NCBI RefSeq assembly: GCF_964213995.1
Contig: NW_027590264.1
Location: 248,001-284,520 of the forward strand
Reading direction: 5' to 3'
Source of the DNA: Mustelus asterias
Taxonomy: Eukaryota
DNA length: 36,520 nt
Shown here: piece after piece, positions 12,820 to 23,718 of the stretch
Layout of the letters: each line of letters begins with the position of its first letter
Position numbering within the stretch: the stretch's first letter is position 1
Position numbers and translations under genes: made by a program
The notes under the pieces: generated by a model
Told to the model about the DNA's origin: nothing
The model's database searches: none
Seen by the model: only the letters and a program-made list of their open reading frames with translations

Positions 12820-14490
12820 GTTAAATCTCACGGGATCCAGGGTGAGGTAGCCAAATGGATATAAAATAGGCTTGATGACAGAAGACAGAGGGTGGTGTAG
12901 AGGGTTGTTTTTTTGGTCAAACTGGAGGCCTGTGACCAGCGGGGTGCCTCAGGGATCGGTGCTGGGTCCACTGTTATTTGTCATTTATATTAATGATTTG
13001 GATGAGAATTTAGGAGGCATGGTTTGTAAGTTTGCAGTTGACACCAAGATTTGTGGCATAGTGGACAGTGAAGAAGGTTATCTAGGGTTGCAATGGGATC
13101 TTGATCAATTGGGCCAGTGGGCTGTTGAATGGCAGATGGAGTTTAATTTAGATAAATGCAAGGTGATACATTTTGGTGGATCGAACCAACACAGGACTTA
13201 CTCAGTTAATGGTAGGGTGTTGGTGAGAGTTACAGAACAAAGGGATCTCGGGGTACAGATTGATAGCTCCTTGAAAGTGGAGTCACAGGTGGATAGAGTG
13301 GTGAAGAAGGCATTCCACATGCTTGGTTTCATTGGTCAGAACATGGAACACAGGAGTTGGGATGTCTTGTTGAAGTTGTACAAGACATTGGTAAGACCAC
13401 ACTTGGAATGCTGTGTATTGTTCTGGTCACCCTTATAGAAAGGAGATTATTGAGCTAGAAAGTGTGCAGAAAAGAATTACTGGGATGCTATGGGGTCCTG
13501 ATGGTTTGAGTTATAATGAGAGGCTGGATACTCTGGGACTTTTTTTCCCTTGAGTTGGCTCAGTGGTGTTCTTATAGAGGTCTCTAAAATAATGAGGGCA
13601 TGGATACAGCAGCTTTATAGAACCTTAGTTAGGCCGCACTTGGAATATAGTGTTCAATTCTGATCGACACACTACCAGAAAGATGTGGAGAATATGGAGA
13701 GGATTCAGAAAAGATTTACCAGGATGTTTCCTGGTATGGAGGGCATTAGCTCTGAGGAGAGATTGGAGAAACTTGGTTTGTTCTCACTGGAACGACGGAG
13801 GTTGAGGGATGACCTGATAGAATTCTACAAGATTATGAGGGGCATGGACAGAGTGGATAGTCAGAAGCCTTTTACCAGGGTGGAAGATTCAAAATCTAGG
13901 GGGCATAGGTTTAAGGTGTGAGGGGCAAGGTTTAAAGGAGATGTACAAGGCAAGTTTCTTTACACAGAGGGTGGTGGGTGCCTGGAACTCGCTGCCGGGG
14001 GAGGTAGTGGAAGCAGATACGATAGTGAGTTTTACGGAACGTCTGGACAAATACATGAATAGGATGGGAATAGAGGGATATGGTCCCCGGAAGGGTAGGG
14101 GGTTTTAGTTCAGTCGGGCAGCATGGTTGGTGCAGGCTTGGAGGGCCGAAGGGCCTGTTCCTGTGCTGTAATTCTCTTTGTTCTTTGATAAGCTCGTCAA
14201 CATCTTTTCCAAAAGGGAGGGGAGTCTAAAACTAGAAGACATCGGTTTAAGGTGAGAGGGGAGAGGGTCCAGAGGGCAATTCTTTTCACACAGAGGGTGG
14301 TGAGGGATTGGAACAAGCTGCCAGAGGTCGTAGTAGAAGCGGACACAATTTTATATTTTAAAAAGCATTTAGACAGTTATTCTGGTAAGATTGGTATGGA
14401 GGGATTTGGGCCAAACGCAAGGCATTTGATACGAGCTTAATGGTAAAAACTGGGAGGGAAAAGTTGGGCCAAAGGGCCCATTTGTATCTG
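12820..14490 (+). mobile_element. Degraded CR1 LINE ORF2 (RT domain to 3' end), split by a nested younger CR1
   Basis: ORF 12872-13438 has SGVPQGSVLGPLLFVIYINDL...KFAVDTK (degenerate FADD)...KTLVRPHLE. It resumes at 14187 with FTQRVVRDWNKLP. Frameshifts and stops are present. Confidence 0.93.
13607..14186 (+). mobile_element. Nested 5'-truncated CR1 LINE (different subfamily), possible 4-bp TSD GATA
   Basis: Second copy of LVRPHLEY...ERLEKLGLFSLERRRLRDDL...SRGHRFKV, with 3' end GGGCCGAAGGGCCTGTTCCTGTGCTGTA and tail TTCTCTTTGTTCTTT. GATA occurs at 13603-13606 and 14187-14190. Confidence 0.88.
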
Positions 14491-14563
14491 AGCTCTGTTT
14501 TCTGCCCGGAAACCATTTCTCAATCCATCCCAGTATTTTCCAAATTTGTGGATTGGACACAGT

Positions 14564-14738
14564 AAATTGCCGTTTCCTGTCCAAAGCTGTGTTGGTTCGG
14601 TGGATTAAGGTAAATGTGTGGGGTTACGGGGATAGGGCTGGGTCAAGGGCCTTGGTAAGATACTGTGCCAGAGAGTCAGTACAGACTCGATGGGCTGAAT
14701 GGTCTCCTTCTGCACTGCAGGGAATCTGTGACTCTACT
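14564..14738 (+). mobile_element. HE1-type SINE 3' fragment (CR1-derived tail)
   Basis: GGGGTTACGGGGATAGGGC...GACTCGATGGGCTGAATGGTCTCCTTCTGCACTG. Confidence 0.8.
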
Positions 14739-14832
14739 ATTAAGATCCCTTTGTCATTTGAAGCTTCCAGCTAAAATGCTGACAATGCTGCCTATTTCTG
14801 TGCACTTTGGCAAACGTTCTGTCTCATCACCG

Positions 14833-15035
14833 GGTGACACGGTGGCACAGTGGTTAGCACTGCTGACTCACAGCGCCAGGGATCTGGGTTCGATTCCCCG
14901 CCTCGAGTGACTGTGTGGAGTTTGCACGTTTGCTAAATTGCCTCTTAGTGTCAGGGGGATTCGGGCCTGGGTGGGATTATTGTCGGGGCAGGCTTGTTGG
15001 GCTGAATGGCCTCATTCTGCAGTGTAGGAATTCTC
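14833..15035 (+). mobile_element. HE1-type tRNA-derived V-SINE with internal deletions
   Basis: Head GGTGGCACAGTGGTTAGCACTGCTG (A box) and GGTTCGATTCC (B box), V-domain start TGTGTGGAGTTTGCACGTT, tail GGGCTGAATGGCCTC.TTCTGCA. Confidence 0.88.
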
Positions 15036-15119
15036 TGGCTCTTGGATCTTAAGTGGTTGATAAAGAGTGAAACTGAGACACAAACTGGGGCTTTGCAGCA
15101 GCAGACAGAATGGGAATCA

Positions 15120-15426
15120 TTGCATCCTGCAGGGATTTTTATTACAGAATCAATTTCAGAAAATTTACAACTCAAAATTAACAACAGCAAAGTGTGGGAT
15201 TGCAAACTTGGAATGATTAGCCCAGGACTAAAGTTTAAAAGCTACAGATTGACATTCAGAAACAAGAGATGGCCTCACATCTTCAATTCTTTGATTGTCT
15301 GGCATCTCCTGCTCTGAATATTACAAAATCTCTGCCCCCTTCATGCGTCTGGAGACTTTGAAAGTTACGCAGACATTGGTAAAACTTTCCTTTATCTCAA
15401 GGCATCTCCTGTGAAATACTCAACTT
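15120..15426 (-). other. Candidate minus-strand terminal exon / 3' UTR
   Basis: Acceptor attgtgtctctttgcag|AAG at 15427-15429. Stops occur early (EVEYFTGDALR* or KLSISQEMP*). AATAAA lies on the minus strand at 15138-15143. Confidence 0.25.
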
Positions 15427-15877
15427 CTGCAAAGAGACACAATCTAATTGACACTTTCTGAATCTCCTTTCAAACAACCTCCCAACCCCACTGTGCAGGA
15501 TGCAGGAATGTCACCTTTTGTCACATTCCCCAACACAATTGTTGACACCTTTTCGGGACAGGAAAAGTAGATTCAACTGACAGATTCTGAGCCCCAGGTT
15601 GAATCTTTAAGATGTAAAAATGAACTGAAACCCCAGGTCTCTCTGTTCCTGCAACTATTTTAACATTGACCCATTGATTTTAAATTGCTTCTCCTGTGTG
15701 TAAAATACCATCTATCAACTTCAGGTTTGAACATTAATAAGTGACTGAGCATCAACTGTGAATTATAGAAGGTAGTTCCAAACTAATATCACACCTGGTG
15801 TGGCAAAGTGTTCCTGAATTTCACTCCGAAAAGTCTAAAACCCGAAACATTGTCTAAAATCCAATGTCCCCCAAGTC

Positions 15878-17044
15878 CTGTCCCCATCAAACACTCCCAG
15901 GACAGGTACAGCACAGGGTTAGGTACAGAGTATAGCTCCCTCGACACTGTCCCCATTAAACACTCCATGGACAAATACAGCACGGGATTCAATACAGAGT
16001 AAAGGTCCCCCTACACTGTCTCCATCAAACACTCCCAGGACATGTACAGCACGGGTTTAGATACAGAGTGAAGCTCCCTCGACACTGTCTCCATCAAACA
16101 CTCCCAGGACAGGGACAGCACAAGGTTCGATACAGAGTAAAGCTCCTTCTACACTGTCCCCATTAAACACTCCCAGGACAGGTACAGCACGGGGTTCGAT
16201 ACAGAGTAAAGCTCCCTCTACACTGTCTCCATCAAACACTCGCAGGACAGGGACAGCACAGGGTTAGATACAGAGTAAAGCTCCCTCTACACTGTCTCCA
16301 TCAAACACTCGCAGGACAGGAACAGCAAAGGGTAAGATACAGAGCAAAGCTCGCTCTACACTGTCCCCATAAAACACTTCCAGGAGAGATACACCACGGG
16401 GATAGATACAGAGTAAAGCTCCCTCTACACTGTCCGCCATCAAACACACCCAGGACAGGTACAGCACGTGTTTAGATACAGAGTGAAGCTCCCTCTACAC
16501 TGTCCCCATCAAACACTCCCAGGACAGGTACAGCACGGGGTTAGATACAGAGTAAAGCTCCCTCTACACTGTCCCCATCAAACACTCCCAGGACAGGTAC
16601 AGCACGGGATTAGATACAGAGTAAAGCTCCCTCTACACTGTCTCCATCAAACACTCCCAGGACAGGTACAGCACGGGGTGAGATACAGAGTAAAGCTCCC
16701 TCGACACTGTCCCCATCAAACACTCCCAGGACAGATACAGCACGGGGTTAGATACAGAGTGAAGCTCCCTATACACTGTCCCCATCAAACACACCCAGGA
16801 CAGGTACAGCACGGGGTTAGATACAGAGTAAATCTCCCTCTGCACTGTCCCCATCAAACACTCCCAGGACAGGTACAACACGGGGTTAGATACAGAGTGA
16901 AGCTCCCGATACACTGTCACTATCAAATAATCCAATGACAGATACAGCATGGTGCTAGATTAAAGGAAAGGCTACCTCCACATTGTGCACATCAAACAGA
17001 CCCAGGACAGGTACAGCACGGGGTTAGATACAGCTCAAATCTTC
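15878..17044. repeat. 69/70-bp satellite array
   Basis: Same monomer. Ends with the conserved left junction ...GATACAGCTCAAATCTTC. Confidence 0.95.
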
Positions 17045-18470
17045 NNNNNNNNNNNNNNNNNNNNNNNNNNNNNNNNNNNNNNNNNNNNNNNNNNNNNNNN
17101 NNNNNNNNNNNNNNNNNNNNNNNNNNNNNNNNNNNNNNNNNNNNNNNNNNNNNNNNNNNNNNNNNNNNNNNNNNNNNNNNNNNNNNNNNNNNNNNNNAGA
17201 GTGTGTGTGAGAGAGAGAGTGTGTGCGAGAGAGAGAGTGTGTGCGAGAGAGAGAGTGTGTGCGAGAGAGAGAGTGTGTGCGAGAGAGAGAGTGTGTGCGA
17301 GAGAGAGTGTGTGCGAGAGAGAGAGTGTGTGCGAGAGAGAGAGTGTGTGCGAGAGAGAGAGTGTGTGCGAGAGAGAGTGTGTGTGCGAGAGAGAGAGTGT
17401 GTGCGAGAGAGAGAGTGTGTGCGAGAGAGAGAGTGTGTGCGAGAGAGAGAGCGTGTGCGTGAGAGAGAGCATGTGCGTGAGAGAGAGCGTGTGCGTGAGA
17501 GAGAGCATGTGCGTGAGAGAGAGCATGTGCGTGAGAGTGTGTGTGTGTGAGAGAGAGAGAGAATGTGTGTGTGAGAGAGAGTGTGTGTGAGGGAGCTAGT
17601 GTGTGCGAGAGAGAGAGCATGGGCGTGTGAGAGAGTGTGTGCGTGAGAGAGAGTGTGTGTGAGAGAGAGAGTGTGTGTGAGAGAGAGAGTGTGTGTGAGA
17701 GAGAGAGAGTGTGTGTGCGAGAGAGAGAGTGTGTGTGCGAGAGAGAGAGTGTGTGTGCGAGAGAGAGAGAGTGTGTGTGAGAGAGAGAGAGTGTGTGTGA
17801 GAGAGAGTGTGTGTGTGAGAGAGAGAGTGTGTGCGTGAGAGAGAGTGTGTGCGTGAGAGAGAGTGTGTGTGTGAGAGAGAGTGTGTGTGAGAGAGAGACT
17901 GTGTGTGTGAGAGAGAGAGAGTGTGTGTGCGAGAGAGAGAATGTGTGTGCGTGAGAGAGAGTGTATGTTTGAGAGAGTGTNNNNNNNNNNNNNNNNNNNN
18001 NNNNNNNNNNNNNNNNNNNNNNNNNNNNNNNNNNNNNNNNNNNNNNNNNNNNNNNNNNNNNNNNNNNNNNNNNNNNNNNNNNNNNNNNNNNNNNNNNNNN
18101 NNNNNNNNNTGTATGTGTGTGAGAGAGTGAGTGTATGTGTGTGAGAGAGTGAGTGTATGTGTGTGTGAGAGACTGAGTGCATGTGTGTGAGAGTGTGTCA
18201 GTTGGAGAGAATGCATGGGTGAGAGTGTGTGAGCGTGAAAGTGTGTGTGAGAGAGAAAGTGTGTGAGAGAGAAAGTGTGTGAGAGAGAATGTGTGTGAGA
18301 GAGGAAGTGTGCGTGAGAGAGAAAGTGTGTGTGTGACAGAGAGAAAGAACATGTGTGTGAGTGAGAGAGTGCGTAAGAGATAGTGTATGTGTGTGTGAGA
18401 GACAGAGAGAGCATGTGTGTGTGTGTGTGTGTGTGTGTGTCTGAGAGTGTGTAAGGAGAGCATGTGTGTG
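17045..18470. repeat. GT/GA microsatellite block (unit 6) with N gaps 17045-17197 and 17981-18109
   Basis: 18-bp unit expansion, plus the shared 3' signature and right junction. Confidence 0.92.
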
Positions 18471-18506
18471 ACCTGATCTTCCTCGACAGTCTATCAGTAA
18501 CTGAAT

Positions 18507-19085
18507 CACGGGATTAGATGCAAAGTAAAGCTCCCTCGACACTGTTCCCATCCAACACTCCCAGGAAAGGTACAGGTACAGCACAGAGTTCGATACAGAG
18601 TAAAGCTCTCTCTACACTGTTCCCATCAAACTCGCCCAGCACAGGTACAGCACGGGATTAGATAGAGTAAAGCTCCCTCGACACTGTCCCCATCAAACAC
18701 ACTCACGACAGATACAGCAAGTGGTTAGATATAGAGTAAAGCTCCCACTTCACTGTCCTCATCAAACACTCCCAGGACATATACAGCACAGGGTTAGATA
18801 CAGAAAAAGCTCCCTCTACACTATCCCCATCAAACACTCCCAGGACATGTACAGCACAGGGTTAGATACTGATAAAGCTCCCTCTACACTATCCCCATCA
18901 AACACTCCCAGGACATGAACAGCACGGGTTTAGATACAGAGTGAAGCTCCCTATACACTGTCCCCATCAAATAATCCAATGACAGATACAGCATAGTGCT
19001 AGATTAAAGGAAAAGCTGCCTCCACATTGTGCACATCAAACAGCCCCAGGACAGGTACAGCACGGGGTTATATACAGCTCAAATC
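18507..19085. repeat. 69/70-bp satellite array
   Basis: Same monomer. Confidence 0.93.
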
Positions 19086-21780
19086 AGAGAGTGTGTGAGC
19101 GAGGCAGAGAGTGTGTGTGAGAGACAGAAAGTGTGTGTGTGAGAGACAGAGAGTGTGTGTGAGAGACTGAGAGTGTGTGTGAGACAGAGAGTGTGTGTGT
19201 GAGAGACAGAGAGTGTGTGTGTGAGAGACAGAGAGTGTGTGTGTGAGAGACAGAGAGTGTGTGTGAGCGAGACAGAGAGTGTGTGTGAGCGAGACAGAGT
19301 GTGTGTGAGCGAGACAGAGAGTGTGTGAGAGACAGAGAGTGTGTGAGAGAGAGACAGAGAGTGTGTGTGAGAGAGACAGAGAGTGTGTGTGAGAGACAGA
19401 GAGTGTGTGTGAGAGACAGAGAGTGTGTGAGAGACAGAGAGTGTGTGTGAGCGAGGCAGAGAGTGTGTGAGCGAGGCAGAGAGTGGGTGTGAGAGACAGA
19501 GAGTGTGTGTGAGAGACAGAGAGTGTGTGTGAGAGACAGAGAGTGTGTGTGAGAGACAGAGAGTGTGTGTGAGAGACAGAGAGTGTGTGTGAGAGACAGA
19601 GAGTGTGTGTGAGAGACAGAGAGTGTGTGTGAGAGACAGAGAGTGTGTGTGCGAGACAGAGAGTGTGTGTGAGCGACAGAGAGTGTGTGTGAGCGACAGA
19701 GTGTGTGTGTGAGCGACAGAGAGTGTGTGTGAGCGAGACAGAGTGTGTGTGAGCGAGACAGAGTGTGTGTGAGCGAGACAGAGTGTGTGTGAGCGAGACA
19801 GAGTGTGTGTGAGCGAGACAGAGTGTGTGTGAGCGAGACAGAGTGTGTGTGAGCGAGACAGAGTGTGTGTGAGCGAGACAGAGTGTGTGTGAGCGAGACA
19901 GAGTGTGTGTGAGCGAGACAGAGTGTGTGTGAGCGAGACAGAGTGTGTGTGAGCGAGACAGAGTGTGTGTGAGCGAGACAGAGTGTGTGTGAGCGAGACA
20001 GAGTGTGTGTGAGCGAGACAGAGTGTGTGTGAGCGAGACAGAGTGTGTGTGAGCGAGACAGAGTGTGTGTGAGCGAGACAGAGTGTGTGTGAGCGAGACA
20101 GAGTGTGTGTGAGCGAGACAGAGTGTGTGTGAGCGAGACAGAGTGTGTGTGAGCGAGACAGTGTGTGTGAGCGAGACAGAGTGTGTGTGAGCGAGACAGA
20201 GAGTGTGTGATCGAGACAGAGTGTGTGTGAGCGAGACAGAGTGTGTGTGAGCGAGACAGAGTGTGTGTGAGCGAGACAGAGTGTGTGTGAGCGAGACAGA
20301 GTGTGTGTGAGCGAGACAGAGTGTGTGTGAGCGAGACAGAGTGTGTGTGAGCGAGACAGAGTGTGTGTGAGCGAGACAGAGTGTGTGTGAGCGAGACAGA
20401 GTGTGTGTGAGCGAGACAGAGTGTGTGTGAGCGAGACAGAGTGTGTGTGAGCGAGACAGAGTGTGTGTGAGCGAGACAGAGTGTGTGTGAGCGAGACAGA
20501 GAGTGTGTGAGCGAGACAGAGAGTGTGTGTGAGCGAGACAGAGAGTGTGTGTGAGAGACAGAGAGTGTGTGTGAGCGAGACTGAGAGTGTGTGTGAGAGA
20601 CAGAGAGTGTGTGTGAGAGACAGAGAGTGTGTGTGAGAGACAGAGAGTGTGTGTGAGAGACAGAGAGTGTGTGTGAGAGACAGAGAGTGTGTGTGAGAGA
20701 CAGAGAGTGTGTGTGAGAGACAGAGAGTGTGTGTGAGAGACAGAGAGTGTGTGTGAGAGACAGAGAGTGTGTGAGAGAGACAGAGAGTTTGTGTGAGCGA
20801 GACAGAGAGTGTGCGTGAGAGACATAGAGTGAGTGTGAGAGACAGAGTGTGCGTGAGCGAGACAGAGTGTGTGTGAGAGACAGAGAGTGTGTGTGAGACA
20901 GAGAGTGTGTGTGAGAGACAGAGTGTGTGTGAGAGACAGAGAGTGTGTGTGAGAGAGACAGAGTGTGTGAGCGAGACAGAGAGTGTGTGTGAGCGACAGA
21001 GAGTGTGTGTGAGAGAGACAGAGAGTGTGTGAGCGACAGAGTGTGTGTGAGAGACAGAGAGTGTGTGTGAGCGAGACAGAGAGTGTGTGTGAGAGACAGA
21101 GAGTTTGTGTGAGCGAGACAGAGAGTGTGTGTGAGAGACAGAGAGTGTGTGTGAGAGACAGAGTGTGTGTGAGAGAGACAGAGAGTGTGCGTGAGCGAGA
21201 CAGAGAGTGTGTGAGAGAGACAGAGAGTGTGTGAGAGACAGAGAGTGTGTGAGAGACAGAGTGTGTGAGAGACAGAGTGTGTGAGTGACAGAGTGTGTGA
21301 GAGACAGAGTGTGAGAGACAGAGTGTGTGAGAGACAGAGTGTGTGAGAGACAGAGTGTGTGAGAGACAGAGTGTGTGAGAGACAGAGTGTGTGTGAGCGA
21401 GACAGAGAGTGTGTGTGAGAGAGACAGAGAGTGTGTGAGAGACAGAGAGTGTGTGAGAGAGACAGAGAGTGTGTGTGAGAGACAGAGAGTGTGTGTGAGA
21501 GACAGAGAGTGTGTGTGAGAGACAGAGAGTGTGTGAGAGACAGAGAGTGTGTGAGAGACAGAGAGTGTGTGTGCATGCAAGTGAGTGAATGTGAGTGTGT
21601 GTGAGGGAGTATTCATGTGTGTGTTGATGAGAGTGTGTTAAAGCGAGTGTTTATGAGAGTGAGTGTGTGTGTGAGCAAGTGTGCAAGAGGGAGTGTGTAA
21701 AAGTGAGTATGTGTGTAATGTGTGTGAGACTGAGTAAGTGTACAACAGTGAGTGAGTGCTGGCGGGAGAGTGCAGGAGTG
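19086..21780. repeat. Minisatellite of 20-bp units GAGTGTGTGTGAGCGAGACA / GAGTGTGTGTGAGAGACAGA, degenerating after ~21575
   Basis: Near-perfect 20-bp period at ~19730-20500. Confidence 0.95.
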
Positions 21781-21782
21781 TT

Positions 21783-22079
21783 AAGTTTCAGTTTCATTAC
21801 GAGTGTCACAAGTCGGTTTACATTAACACTGCAATGAAGTTACTGTGAGAATCCCCGAGTCGCCCACACTCCGGTGCCTGTTCGGGTGACACTGAGGGAG
21901 AATTTAGCACGGCCAATGCACCCTAACCAGCACGTCTTTCAGACTGTGGGAGGAAACCGGAGCACCCGGAGGAAACCCACGCAGACACGGGGAGAACGTG
22001 CAGACTCCGCACAGACAGTGACCCAAGCCGGGAATCAAACCCGGGTCCCTGGCGCTGTGAGGCAGCAGTGCTAACCACC
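21783..22079 (-). mobile_element. Nearly full-length tRNA-derived V-SINE with the CACAGTAACTTCATTGCAGTGTTAATGTAA...TTGTGACAC tail (second shark SINE type)
   Basis: Minus-strand head GTGGTTAGCACTGCTGCCTCACAGCGCCAGGGACCCGGGTTTGATTCCCGG and V-domain GGGTTTCCTCCGGGTGCTCCGGTTTCCTCCCACAGTC. Confidence 0.92.
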
Positions 22080-22498
22080 GGTGATCAGGGGGAGAGTTAA
22101 CAGAAAGCAGCTGGTGAGAATATACTGGCCGGTTTTAATTTAATCCAAATTAATGAATTAGAAACTTTTAACCTAAGGAATTGACATCCGAGGATTTCAG
22201 TTTAAAATCCCATTGAACCTCCGTGTCTCATAATGGGATGTTTTTGCCTGTATTTAGTAATTAGTGACTTCATATCTCACAGCGAGATAAATAAAACTTT
22301 TTTCCAATTGACAGGGACAGCTCAATGGACAAAACTGGTGTGAGAAAGGGGCAAATCCTTTGAAAATGGAGGCAGAGAGGAGGCTTTGTTCAACTCCCAT
22401 TCTTTCCCTGTCTTCAGCAGGCTGGGCAGGAAGTGTGAGCAGAGAGGGGGGGATAGACAGACACACACTGACACAATCCCCCCAATCCACTCACTCAC

Positions 22499-22603
22499 AC
22501 ATCCCCATTCCCCCTCCACTCGCTGGGTTGTGGGGAGCGGCTGCAAGGATTTTTGGGGCTGCTGTGCGGGGGTCAGGGGGCTTTTGAAATGGACGAACAC
22601 GAC
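22499..22603 (-). other. Candidate 105-nt minus-strand internal exon (VVFVHFKSPLTPAQQPQKSLQPLPTTQRVEGEWGC in phase 0)
   Basis: Acceptor aactttatttcttttcccccgtag|G and donor TGT|gtgagt. Length is divisible by 3 and two frames are open. Confidence 0.3.
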
Positions 22604-23100
22604 CTACGGGGGAAAAGAAATAAAGTTTGAAACTAAACTAAAGAAACTAAAGGCAGGAGATTGCAGAATCCATTGCCTCCCTGCATTAACATATCAATAG
22701 TCAGTCTGACATTGCCACAAACTCCTCTGGGGTGAGAGGGTGAGAGGGGGAGGGGGGGTGAATTAGCATCTCAATAGAGAGACAGACATTGCAGACATGT
22801 CAGAGACTCAGGGTGGGGTTTGCATCCAGCACACTCAGGATAAATGTGAATCTGAGAGCCTTCAGTCTCCACACCAATAATCCCCCTGCACTGAAAACAT
22901 TCCCACTCTGATTCAGTGTGTGTGTGTGTGTCTCAATCTGCGTTTTTACCTGTGCTTTGCTTGTGTTGACATGATGCTGAATGGACTTGAATGGAAATGC
23001 TGGACTCCTCGCTGTGATATGTTGTGTGTCTTATTGTTAAAATGGCCTTGTCTCTTTTTCTCTCTCTTTTTAACCAATTTTTATCTCTTTTTCTCCTGAG

Positions 23101-23225
23101 GAATTTTGAAAACTGGGGATGTGTCGAGGATCCAAAGGACGGGAATGATTGTGACCAGGATGAGGGAGAGGAGCTTCTTCCAGAGGGAGGGCTGACTGAG
23201 GCCTGTTGCTCAGGCTTCATCCCGA
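23101..23225 (+). other. Candidate exon A0, a diverged paralogue of the 102-nt cassette (NFENWGCVEDPKDGNDCDQDEGEELLPEGGLTEACCSGFIP, phase 2 to 1)
   Basis: Acceptor tctctttttctcctgag|G and donor A|gtgagt. The downstream intron GTGAGTTG..TTTATTA.CCTGATCCAG.TTTAAT matches that of A1, A3 and A4. Confidence 0.45.
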
Positions 23226-23616
23226 GTGAGTTGTGTCTATTTATTAACCTGATCCAGATTTAATGTTTCATATCAGAGGGAGCGAGATCTGAATGAGAGT
23301 GGAATAGAGAGAGAGAGAGAGAAACACACAGGGAGGGAACTGTCTCAATCTCTTTAGTCTCTGCTTTACAACTGACTTGTTGTGTTTGGGTGTTACTGAG
23401 AGATTGTGTAACTGAGGGGAGATCCTGGGTATTTTGCTGTGCTATGTAATTTAAATATTTTCTTGTATTTTAATTATTTTCTCTCTCTTTCCCCAAGAAT
23501 TAATATTTAGATTTTACTGAGAGATTGTGTAACTGAGAAGGGGGAATCCTGGGCTCTTGTGCTATTTAATTTAAAGAATTCTTGTATTTTAATTTATTAT
23601 TTTCTCTTCTCCCCAG

Positions 23617-23718
23617 GAATTTGAATTTTGAAGACTGCAATGTGACTCGGAATCCTTGGACAAGGGGCTTTTCTCCAGAGGAGGATGGATGGACTGAAGC
23701 CTGTTCTATAGGCCGCAT
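23617..23718 (+). other. Candidate exon A1, 102 nt, phase 2/2 (NLNFEDCNVTRNPWTRGFSPEEDGWTEACSIGR)
   Basis: ttttctcttctccccag|GAATT...CGCAT|gtgagt. Only the phase-2 frame is open. Confidence 0.55.

Noticed and set aside
14833-14905. tRNA gene
   Set aside because: The A/B boxes run directly into a V-domain and tail, so this is a SINE head. The same applies at ~22030-22079.
1148-18918. ORFs with a repeated HGVRYRVKLPLHCPHQTLPGQVQ peptide
   Set aside because: They are translations of the 69-bp (23-codon) monomer, and 70-bp variants break the frame repeatedly.
1-19085. CRISPR-like array
   Set aside because: Monomers are contiguous with no unique spacers, there are no cas genes, and the context is vertebrate.
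1684-21616. Very long His/Thr/Leu/Ser and Arg/Glu/Cys/Val ORFs (up to 845 aa)
   Set aside because: They are open in all frames because the GT/GA microsatellites lack stop codons, and several also run through N gaps.
22499-22603. Resemblance of VVFVHFKSPLTP to myelin basic protein VVHFFKNIVTP
   Set aside because: Only a few residues match, and no other MBP exons are visible.
23617-23718. Cassette as an NLR-type LRR exon or a MAM-domain start
   Set aside because: It has no LxxLxLxxN pattern, and its length differs from typical LRR exons. The NFEDC..W likeness to MAM is too short to support a call.
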